This document shows, piece by piece, positions 33,574-39,865 of a stretch of DNA of 39,989 nucleotides (within the stretch, counting starts at the first letter, position 1; each line of letters begins with the position of its first letter). The stretch comes from a virus, in IMG/VR virus record IMGVR_UViG_3300037473_000044; one strand, given 5' to 3'. Under the pieces are notes generated by a model. It did no database searches and was not told the origin of the DNA. It saw nothing but the letters and a program-made list of their open reading frames with translations. The position numbers and the translations under genes are program-made.

Positions 33574-33643
33574 GGTCAGGTGAGCGCTAGGGTAACACGT
33601 TTCGTCAAAAACTTGACAGGCCTAGCTCAAATTATTGACAGGC

Positions 33644-35038
33644 TTACCACCACTGACCGGAGATAGGCGGCGGCGCGGCCACGACCTTGCGCGGAGGCTC
33701 GGGCACGGCAGACCCGAAGTTCAGCTCAAGGTACTCGGCGCAGTTCTGCCCGTGCTCATACCACCCGTCTTTCTTCGGCCGTCTCACTTGCTTGTTGCCG
33801 ACACTGACGAGGTTTTCGTCCCAGACGTAGCCGGCCTCAAATCCATCCGCTAGGAACTTATCAGGGACCGTCGCTTGGTCAGAAATGGTCAGCCACCGCT
33901 CTGGGTCGCTGTTGATAGCGAACGCCTCGGCACGGTCGGCGGCGCGTTTCCGCATCTGTGCGGCCATGCGCTCCACCATCGCCAGTCGCACGGCAGGACT
34001 ATTGGAGTCGCCAACATAGACCGGCTTGATGCCCTTCTCGCGCAAGGTCTTCACGGCGCCTGCTGTCCCGTGCGAGGTGTCGGCGGCTCCCGCCGGGTCG
34101 CAGCATTCGCGGATCTGGATGGGGTTCGGGAACCACTGGCCGCGATGCGTCAGCACGATGTCGAGAAAGTCATCCAGATACAGCGACTGCCCCAGAATCC
34201 CACCCAGAAACCTCACCTGACCGAGCGCGGAGACCTGACGGAAGATCGCGCAGGGATGGTGCTTGCCGAAGTCCAGCGCCATCTCGAGCGGGAGACGCGG
34301 GTCGTATTCCACTGGCACCTCATGCACGTTCCGCATGAAGGCGCCTTTGTAGACCGGCTCGCCAGTTACGTTCATGCCGCGCTTGCCGAGAATGACGCTG
34401 CGGTGTTTGGCGTGTTCAGGCGGGTAGGCCAACAGCGCGGCCCGCAATAGGTCTGGCGGCAGGTTGTGCTGGTTGTCGTAGATGCTGATCGAGTAGTAAA
34501 CGCGCCCCTTGATCCGGTTGTCCTCGGGAAACTGCTGGGCCAGCCAGTGCGTGACGTTCGGCGGGTTGGGGCTGAAGATGAGTTGATGCGGATAGCCGGG
34601 TTGCCGCAACCGCAACCGCAGTTCCAAGCTGAAGTCCTCGGGGAGTTCTTCGGTCTGGTCGTTATAGATGCCAGCCACGCCCATGCCGCGCATCTTGCTG
34701 TAGCGGCTCAGTGCGTCTGGCGACTTCAGTCCGTAGGCGTAGCACTTCGACCCGTTACTGAAGTCGTAGGCCAGCTCCTTCGCGTTCCACGACGGTGTGG
34801 CACCAGCGGCCCGACAGACTTCCTCAAAGGCTGGCCTGACTTTGGTCTGCGTCTCCCCGTCACCGTATCGGCCGATCCACCAATGAATGCCGTCGTGGGC
34901 GTGCAGGCTGTTAAAGACCTTCCACAGGCACGCGGTGGTCTTGCCGGATGAGAGCGCGCCTTCTAGGCAGATTTCGGGCGACTCGTCACGCATGAAGCGT
35001 GCGATAGGCCCGCTCCACACCATGCGGACTTCACTCAT
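33644..35038 (-). CDS. terL: Terminase large subunit
   Basis: Walker A is GALSSGKTT. The size (464 aa) and position between TerS-like and portal genes fit. The start is an ATGA overlap with the upstream gene. Confidence 0.85.
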   Translation of the reverse strand: MSEVRMVWSGPIARFMRDESPEICLEGALSSGKTTACLWKVFNSLHAHDGIHWWIGRYGDGETQTKVRPAFEEVCRAAGATPSWNAKELAYDFSNGSKCYAYGLKSPDALSRYSKMRGMGVAGIYNDQTEELPEDFSLELRLRLRQPGYPHQLIFSPNPPNVTHWLAQQFPEDNRIKGRVYYSISIYDNQHNLPPDLLRAALLAYPPEHAKHRSVILGKRGMNVTGEPVYKGAFMRNVHEVPVEYDPRLPLEMALDFGKHHPCAIFRQVSALGQVRFLGGILGQSLYLDDFLDIVLTHRGQWFPNPIQIRECCDPAGAADTSHGTAGAVKTLREKGIKPVYVGDSNSPAVRLAMVERMAAQMRKRAADRAEAFAINSDPERWLTISDQATVPDKFLADGFEAGYVWDENLVSVGNKQVRRPKKDGWYEHGQNCAEYLELNFGSAVPEPPRKVVAAPPPISGQWW

Positions 35039-35322
35039 TTCGTGGGTGGCGCGTCGTGGTACTCGTGGACAACTGTCGTGCGCGTGTCGACCTGTCCGCC
35101 CAGCGTGACGTCCTGCGGCGGCCGGCCAAAGCCGCGGTCCAGCAACAGGCCGATCGCCATCATGCGGATGCGCGGGTCGTCGGATGTGGTGCCGAGCGTA
35201 TGCAGCTCGTCCACGTAGGTCTTGCCGTCCTCGCCACCGAGCTTGCGGATGTATTCGGCAATCGACTGGCCGGTGCTTGGACGCCCCTTGGGATTGCCGG
35301 ACTGGCCCTTCTGAAACGGCAT
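35035..35322 (-). CDS. terS: Terminase small subunit-like protein
   Basis: MPFQKGQSGNPKGRP is an N-terminal motif common in small terminase / DUF5681-type proteins. The gene is coupled to terL. Confidence 0.6.
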   Translation of the reverse strand: MPFQKGQSGNPKGRPSTGQSIAEYIRKLGGEDGKTYVDELHTLGTTSDDPRIRMMAIGLLLDRGFGRPPQDVTLGGQVDTRTTVVHEYHDAPPTK

Positions 35323-35340
35323 TGTTTTACAGGGAGGCGC

Positions 35341-35649
35341 TTACTTGCGCTTCTCCAGCCGCTTGACGGCCTGCTCGAGCTTGCTTACGCGGGCCTTGAG
35401 GGCGCGGATGTTCCGAAGTGTGGCGTCGGTTGGATTGCGCTTCTTAGCCGCACGAATAGCCGCGTCCATATAGGCGTCCCTCGCTCGCGCCGCAGTAATA
35501 GCGGCCATACTCGGTGCCGCCCCGTTGATGGAGCACCATTCGATGAACCGCATGCCTGGCGCGATCTTGCCCTTGCGCTTATCCTCCAGAAAGGACTTCA
35601 CCGCAAACGCGTCTAACGTGTCGAGGCGGGTCCGCTTGCGCCTCTTCAT
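35341..35649 (-). CDS. Hypothetical basic protein
   Basis: ATG 35649 (MKRRKRTR) forms an ATGA overlap with the upstream stop and is in frame with track ORF 35341-35685. Confidence 0.5.
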   Translation of the reverse strand: MKRRKRTRLDTLDAFAVKSFLEDKRKGKIAPGMRFIEWCSINGAAPSMAAITAARARDAYMDAAIRAAKKRNPTDATLRNIRALKARVSKLEQAVKRLEKRK

Positions 35650-35906
35650 GGCTTCACCGCCTCTTGGGCGCGGACATAGAGACAATCGGCCTTATGCGGC
35701 ACGTCAGCGTGCTCCGCGCAGTCAACGCCGCAATAGTGGCAAGTTAAGCCGTCTCGATACGGGCCACTCGCTGCAATCTCGCGCAGCACCTCGCGTCGGC
35801 CTTGTTCAAGCCAGCGCTCTAACGTCTCAGCGTGACGCGGAGATTCCTCGCGCATCGCCGCCAGTAATCGCCGGTAGTCACGGTCGAAATCAGCGGCCTC
35901 GCTCAT
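35646..35906 (-). CDS. Hypothetical protein
   Basis: The ORF is 86 aa with a Cys/His cluster, CHYCGVDCAEH...HKADC. Confidence 0.5.
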   Translation of the reverse strand: MSEAADFDRDYRRLLAAMREESPRHAETLERWLEQGRREVLREIAASGPYRDGLTCHYCGVDCAEHADVPHKADCLYVRAQEAVKP

Positions 35907-35920
35907 GGTGTCCAGTCTAC

Positions 35921-36208
35921 TCAGGCGACGGCAGGGAACTCATGCTCAGCGGCGCACGTGGCGCACCATTGATTCTGGGGCTCAATACCAATCACGCCAG
36001 ACACCGGGACGCACGGCAGATGGTTCGCGGCGTTGTATTCCATTTGCACGCGATGCCGGAGTTCGCGCTCGACATCGTCTAGTTCTAGGCGGGCACGCTC
36101 GCCGGCCACGTACGAAAGCTCTATCGCTTGAACACACGTCGTCCTAAGCTCTCGCCAGCGCGCATCCAGCGTCTCACTGGACGCAGCCTTGATTTCAGTC
36201 CTGGTCAT
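35921..36208 (-). CDS. Hypothetical protein
   Basis: ATG 36208 (MTRTEIK) is in frame with track ORF 35921-36253. A possible 34-aa GTG ORF (36205-36309) ends in an ATGA overlap with it. Confidence 0.45.
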   Translation of the reverse strand: MTRTEIKAASSETLDARWRELRTTCVQAIELSYVAGERARLELDDVERELRHRVQMEYNAANHLPCVPVSGVIGIEPQNQWCATCAAEHEFPAVA

Positions 36209-36335
36209 GCGGCCACCCTGATTTGCCTGAACGCCAGCCAATCCGCGATGCACGCTTCTAACGCCTGCGTCGAACAGGCGCTCAGCACGGTCCCGTCAAT
36301 GACGAACACGTAGCGGTGCGGCGTCAACGCGAGCC

Positions 36336-36364
36336 ATTCTACGCTGGTGTCAAATTTTTGTCAC
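36336..36364 (-). promoter_or_regulatory. Sigma70-like promoter candidate at the head of the late-strand operon
   Basis: On the minus strand, GTGACA (36364-36359), a 17-nt spacer and TAGAAT (36341-36336). It sits in an AT-rich island between the attP arm repeats and the first late-strand ORFs. Confidence 0.4.
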
Positions 36365-36387
36365 GCAGAGGCTCAGGACTGATGCCG

Positions 36388-36411
36388 TGTCGTCCCAGTG
36401 CGTCGTCCCAG
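36388..36411 (+). repeat. Pair of direct GTCGTCCCAG repeats (candidate integrase arm-type sites)
   Basis: Copies are at 36389-36398 and 36402-36411, 13 bp apart start to start. Confidence 0.7.
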
Positions 36412-36423
36412 CCTGTAAGTGTT

Positions 36424-36495
36424 TGCGAAAAGGCGTGTTCCAGACACCGATACCGCTTAGAAGGCCGGTGCTCTATCCAACTGAGCTACGGGCGC
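36424..36495 (-). tRNA. Degenerate tRNA-Arg(TCT)-like element with an intact 5' half only; candidate attP core
   Basis: Minus strand from 36495 reads GCGCCCG TA GCTC AGTTGGATA GAGC A CCGGC CTTCTAA, then GCGGT ATC GGTGT CTGGAAC ACGCC TTTTCGC. The 3' anticodon stem, T-loop and 3' acceptor strand do not fit a functional tRNA. Confidence 0.55.
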
Positions 36496-37694
36496 GTGGT
36501 GGAATTATCTAAGGGAATACGCGCTTTTCGGCCTGTCCAGCCTTGTTTGACGCGTTCCGCGAACCGCTGCGACTTGCTCATGTTTTCTAACGTTTTCTCA
36601 TGCGGTGTCTGGGATGTCGTCCCAATATGTCGTCCCAACGCTTCCGCCTTCTGCTTGAGCACGCGCGCTGTCGCGTTCAGCCGATAGCGCTGACTCGTCT
36701 TGATGCCGGCGTGCTGTAACAGGGCCATCACGAGATAGTCGTCCCCCGTGAGGTCAAACGCAATCGTCGCGAACGAGTGCCGCAAGCTGTAGGGGCTCGC
36801 GCCCGTGACGCCCACCCGCTTGGCGGCGATATGAAACGTCCGCCACATCGACGAATTGGAGAATGAGCCCCAGCCATCGACGTCGCGCAAGTCTTCAAAC
36901 GCCTGCACGGCTTGGGGCAACAGCGGCAGGATGCTCGCGCCCGTCCCTAGTCCCTTCGCGCGGCCGCGCACGCGTAACGTCGCCGCGGCGAAGTCCACAT
37001 CGCCCGGCTCCACGCGCTTGAGCTGACTCGCCGGCAGGCCCGTGTAGGCCAGGATACGCAGCCGAATCTTCGTCACCGATCGCTCTTTGCGCGGATGGCC
37101 GGCGTTCTTGGTCTGCGTCGCGCCCCAGTCCAGAACCTCATCGAAGATGCGCTGAATCGTGGCGTAGTCCAGCTCGCGCGGCACGGCGGACGGCTCAGGC
37201 GCTTCTTCCACGTCACGAACCGGGTTGTGGGCTCGAGATCCGTCCAGTACTGTGTAGAGATTCGACAAGGCCCGAAGACGCAGGTTGACCGTATGCGGCG
37301 CCAGTGGTGGTTTGTCGCCACGCGGGGCCATCAGCCAGGCGTCCCGCTGCGTGCGAATGTCGGCTGACGTGATTCGGTCCCGTTGGCGTTTCTTGAACAC
37401 CGCCACCCACGCCTGAATCTGCCGTTCCCGATCCTTATACGAGGGCATCGCCCGTACGGCTTTGAGATACGTCTCCGCGTCCGCCTTGAACATGCCGCGG
37501 GTGGCCCGCTCACTGCGCTGGACGTGCGTCTTCGCTTGCGCGGCTTTCCGCCAGGCCACCATCACGGACAGCTTCGTGTCTTTCGGGAACTGGCGATACA
37601 GCTTCGGCCGATGCCGGCCTTGACTGACCGCCGCGCGGTAGCCGGCACCGTGCCGGTAGATGCCCGGCGGGAGCCTGCTTACGCCCATGCCCAC
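36486..37694 (-). CDS. int: Tyrosine integrase
   Basis: The C-terminal catalytic region carries SLRHSFAT (HxxR box) and LLQHAGIKTSQRY (catalytic Tyr). The start is GTG 37694 or ATG 37688. The stop TAG (36486-36488) lies inside the tRNA-like element. Confidence 0.85.
   Translation of the reverse strand: MGMGVSRLPPGIYRHGAGYRAAVSQGRHRPKLYRQFPKDTKLSVMVAWRKAAQAKTHVQRSERATRGMFKADAETYLKAVRAMPSYKDRERQIQAWVAVFKKRQRDRITSADIRTQRDAWLMAPRGDKPPLAPHTVNLRLRALSNLYTVLDGSRAHNPVRDVEEAPEPSAVPRELDYATIQRIFDEVLDWGATQTKNAGHPRKERSVTKIRLRILAYTGLPASQLKRVEPGDVDFAAATLRVRGRAKGLGTGASILPLLPQAVQAFEDLRDVDGWGSFSNSSMWRTFHIAAKRVGVTGASPYSLRHSFATIAFDLTGDDYLVMALLQHAGIKTSQRYRLNATARVLKQKAEALGRHIGTTSQTPHEKTLENMSKSQRFAERVKQGWTGRKARIPLDNSTTRP
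36614..36638 (+). repeat. Pair of direct ATGTCGTCCCAA repeats (candidate integrase arm-type sites)
   Basis: Copies are at 36614-36625 and 36627-36638, 13 bp apart. They have the same orientation and core (GTCGTCCCA) as the pair at 36389-36411, and lie inside the integrase 3' coding region. Confidence 0.7.
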
Positions 37695-37846
37695 TTCACA
37701 AAGCGGACGAGCCCGTAGAGAACGACGAGGCCGACGATAGCAGCCACGATCAGGGCGCCGATGTCGTCAGGCAACAGCGCCCAGAGAATCGTGAGCGCGA
37801 GGAGCCCAACTAGGCCGACAACGACCAGAAGCACCAAGGACACCAC
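37679..37846 (-). CDS. 55-aa two-TM membrane protein (GTG start, below the ORF-track cutoff)
   Basis: I translated it by hand as VVSLVLLVVVGLVGLLALTILWALLPDDIGALIVAAIVGLVVLYGLVRFVKWAWA. It starts immediately after the upstream TGA and its stop overlaps the integrase start. Confidence 0.4.
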   Translation of the reverse strand: MVSLVLLVVVGLVGLLALTILWALLPDDIGALIVAAIVGLVVLYGLVRFVKWAWA

Positions 37847-38218
37847 TCAGCGCAACACTTTCAGCTTCTTAATGAGTTCCTTAGCGCAGGCGTTCAATGC
37901 CCCCTTACCAGACATGCGGCCGGATCGCACGACAGAGGCCGCAACGTCTCCGGCTTTATCCATCGCAATCACGGCGGCTGCCGCTCCGCCCAGCGAGCTT
38001 TCTTGCGCGATGATGACGGTATAGTCCAGTGTCGCATCAGTGCGCGGTTTGATGTCGATTTGCACGCGTTCGCCGCTGGCGGATTCTCGCAAGCTTTCGA
38101 TGAACTTCGCCTTGAGATTGCTCTCGCCAACGACCGCAACGGTCAGGACTGGAACGCCCTGCGCGTGCACGGAAGCGCCCAGCAGAATGAGCGCCATGGT
38201 AATAACGACTCGATTCAT
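37847..38218 (-). CDS. Secreted protein with a signal peptide (prophage accessory gene / moron candidate)
   Basis: The N-terminus MNRVVITMALILLGASVHAQ-GV has an A-x-A-type cleavage site and no lipobox Cys. The gene lies between the repressor and integrase genes. Confidence 0.65.
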   Translation of the reverse strand: MNRVVITMALILLGASVHAQGVPVLTVAVVGESNLKAKFIESLRESASGERVQIDIKPRTDATLDYTVIIAQESSLGGAAAAVIAMDKAGDVAASVVRSGRMSGKGALNACAKELIKKLKVLR

Positions 38219-38280
38219 TCAGTTCCTACCTCGCTCCGCGACAGATCGCCGCAATAACAAGCTCTACGACTTGCATTTGT

Positions 38281-38751
38281 TCAGCGTCCAGACGTTTTAG
38301 GCCGAGGTGAATCCGCGCTTCGATCGCGGTCGCGGCTAAGCGCGCGGGCGAGGGCGGCAACTGCATCGGCAACATCCGCCCGCCATGTGCCTTCTTGGGC
38401 GTTGGCTTCGCTGATAACACGATCGAGAAGAGACGAGCCTTGCCCGATTTCTCTGTCATGTCCGGATTCACCTTCCGGACGGGTAAACAAGTCTTCGAGT
38501 TCAGCGCCACACGCGACGGCGAGACGCGCCAATGTGTTCACTTGCGGCTTCAAGTTACCGCCGCTGAGGATCTTTTGGAGTTGGCCGAGCTTCATGCCGG
38601 CAGATTTGGCTACTTCCGTGCGCCGCCCATGCTCTTTTCCGACCAACCGCCGAAGATTCACCAGCCATATCGGATCGTCGTTCGTATCCGCCACGCGCGG
38701 AGTATAGCGACTCGGCCAGACTTCAAAACGCGCTAAGTCCATACGCCACAC
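38281..38751 (-). CDS. CI-like repressor (XRE-family HTH, no S24 peptidase domain)
   Basis: The HTH is RRTEVAKSAGMKLGQLQKILSGGNLKPQVNTLARLAVACGAELEDLF. The gene is divergent from a Cro-like gene. The start may be the ATG at 38742. Confidence 0.7.
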   Translation of the reverse strand: MWRMDLARFEVWPSRYTPRVADTNDDPIWLVNLRRLVGKEHGRRTEVAKSAGMKLGQLQKILSGGNLKPQVNTLARLAVACGAELEDLFTRPEGESGHDREIGQGSSLLDRVISEANAQEGTWRADVADAVAALARALSRDRDRSADSPRPKTSGR

Positions 38752-38778
38752 ATAGATGCAGTGTATTTTCGTAGGAGT

Positions 38779-38801
38779 GGTGATTTCGGTTGCAAATCAC
38801 C
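38779..38801. promoter_or_regulatory. Operator candidate: perfect 8-bp inverted repeat GGTGATTT-N7-AAATCACC
   Basis: Read directly in the 56-bp divergent region between the CI-like and Cro-like genes. It overlaps a TTGCAA hexamer at 38790-38795. Confidence 0.55.
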
Positions 38802-38807
38802 ATTCAT

Positions 38808-39125
38808 ATGAGCACAATACAACTCATGAAAGCGCCTGACACCCTTAGAGAGTGGCGAAAGCGCCGCAAATGGACGCAAGACCAACTCTCCTCGTTGTCT
38901 GGTATCGACCAAACAACGATTTCGCGACTTGAAACCGACCCGTCTCCGAATCCGACTCCTGACACCCGCAAGCGACTGGCAAAGGCGCTGGGAATCGCCC
39001 CGTCCCGTCTTCGATTCACTGCCCCTGAGCCGGTAGCAAGTGTCGGCCGGGGCTCTGACAAACCGGGACACACCGCTCACCGCACCCTCGTGGGCGACCG
39101 TCGCTCCGATGAGGCGGTGCGCTGA
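38808..39125 (+). CDS. Cro-like XRE-family HTH regulator
   Basis: The HTH is LREWRKRRKWTQDQLSSLSGIDQTTISRLETD. The start is ambiguous between TTG 38790, ATG 38808 and ATG 38826, and no clear SD is present. Confidence 0.65.
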   Translation: MSTIQLMKAPDTLREWRKRRKWTQDQLSSLSGIDQTTISRLETDPSPNPTPDTRKRLAKALGIAPSRLRFTAPEPVASVGRGSDKPGHTAHRTLVGDRRSDEAVR

Positions 39126-39325
39126 TGGACTGCCAGCAGGGCGTCTTCAAGGGCCGCATGGGCGCGTCGCAGCCGCATGTTCAGCCGGCCCACCTGATTG
39201 ATGCGGTGGGTCAGCAGGCGAATGGCTTCGCGGTCGCTCATCGGCAGTTCAGCCTTGGCGTTCTCCGTCAGCAGTTGGCGGGCGAGGGTCAGTAAGCGCA
39301 TGGCGAACACGATGCCCTCCCGCAT
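39077..39325 (-). CDS. Hypothetical helical protein encoded antisense within the early-right operon
   Basis: The ORF is 82 aa with a strongly G/C-ending codon pattern when read by hand, unlike the opposite-strand frame. Its 3' end overlaps the Cro-like gene by 49 nt in convergent orientation. Confidence 0.5.
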   Translation of the reverse strand: MREGIVFAMRLLTLARQLLTENAKAELPMSDREAIRLLTHRINQVGRLNMRLRRAHAALEDALLAVHQRTASSERRSPTRVR

Positions 39326-39662
39326 GGTCGACGCGCCACGACAGATGCTTTCCGCTCGCTTAGGGAAAAGCGAAAGCCGCGAGGCGACCGGAAAAATTCT
39401 TTCCGATGACGAGATCGCCCGCGAATTTGGCCGGGATATTCAGCGGACGTTGGAAGCGGCTGGCTATACACCACAGGAAGCCGCGCACCTGCTGCGCTAC
39501 GCGAATCAGAGCCCGATCTCGAAGCTGATCAATCCGACCGAGCCGCCCGCGCTCGCCAAGCTTCTGAGCCTGCCAGGGATGCGCGCGGCCTGGATCGAAG
39601 TGCTGGCCGATCGATGCCCTGAATACCGGAAGGTGGTCACCCTCGAAAGGAAGCGCGCATGA
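39324..39662 (+). CDS. Small HTH-like regulator (CII/Ner-like position)
   Basis: The start is ATG 39324 or ATG 39345, and the upstream part of track ORF 39198-39662 looks non-coding. YTPQEAAHLLRYANQSPISKLIN is HTH-like. Confidence 0.5.
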   Translation: MVDAPRQMLSARLGKSESREATGKILSDDEIAREFGRDIQRTLEAAGYTPQEAAHLLRYANQSPISKLINPTEPPALAKLLSLPGMRAAWIEVLADRCPEYRKVVTLERKRA

Positions 39663-39865
39663 GCGACGCCCTGATGAACGCCGCCGACGTCGTGCGGATG
39701 CTCGGGATCAGTCGTGCCACATGGCAGCGCCATCTTCGTGAGTATGCGCGGCTGTTTGAAGTCGCCCGCCCGATTGGTCAGCGCCGGTATTCGCGCGCAC
39801 GGGTGGAGCAGTACGTGAGCGCCGAGACGATGGCGCGATTTGGGAAGACGCAGCGCACGGCCTAA
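39659..39865 (+). CDS. Excisionase-family / AlpA-like DNA-binding protein
   Basis: AADVVRMLGISRATWQRHL...RRYSRARVEQYV fits the HTH_17 excisionase pattern. The start is an ATGA overlap at 39659. Confidence 0.65.
   Translation: MSDALMNAADVVRMLGISRATWQRHLREYARLFEVARPIGQRRYSRARVEQYVSAETMARFGKTQRTA

Larger units (their letters stand above)
1..39862. mobile_element. Complete circular genome of a temperate, podovirus-like phage with a P22-type head module
   Basis: An exact 127-bp terminal overlap closes the circle. The genome carries integrase, attP-like site, CI/Cro switch, replication, packaging, head, tail-fibre and lysis modules. No cellular housekeeping genes are present. Confidence 0.8.

Noticed and set aside
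36316-36687. 123-aa + strand ORF spanning the tRNA-like element and the int 3' end
   Set aside because: It runs through the att region and antisense to int. Its composition and context do not support coding.
39198-39323. N-terminal 42 codons of track ORF 39198-39662
   Set aside because: This part is antisense to the better-supported 39077-39325 gene and has poor third-position G/C content. The ATG at 39324 or 39345 is the more plausible start.
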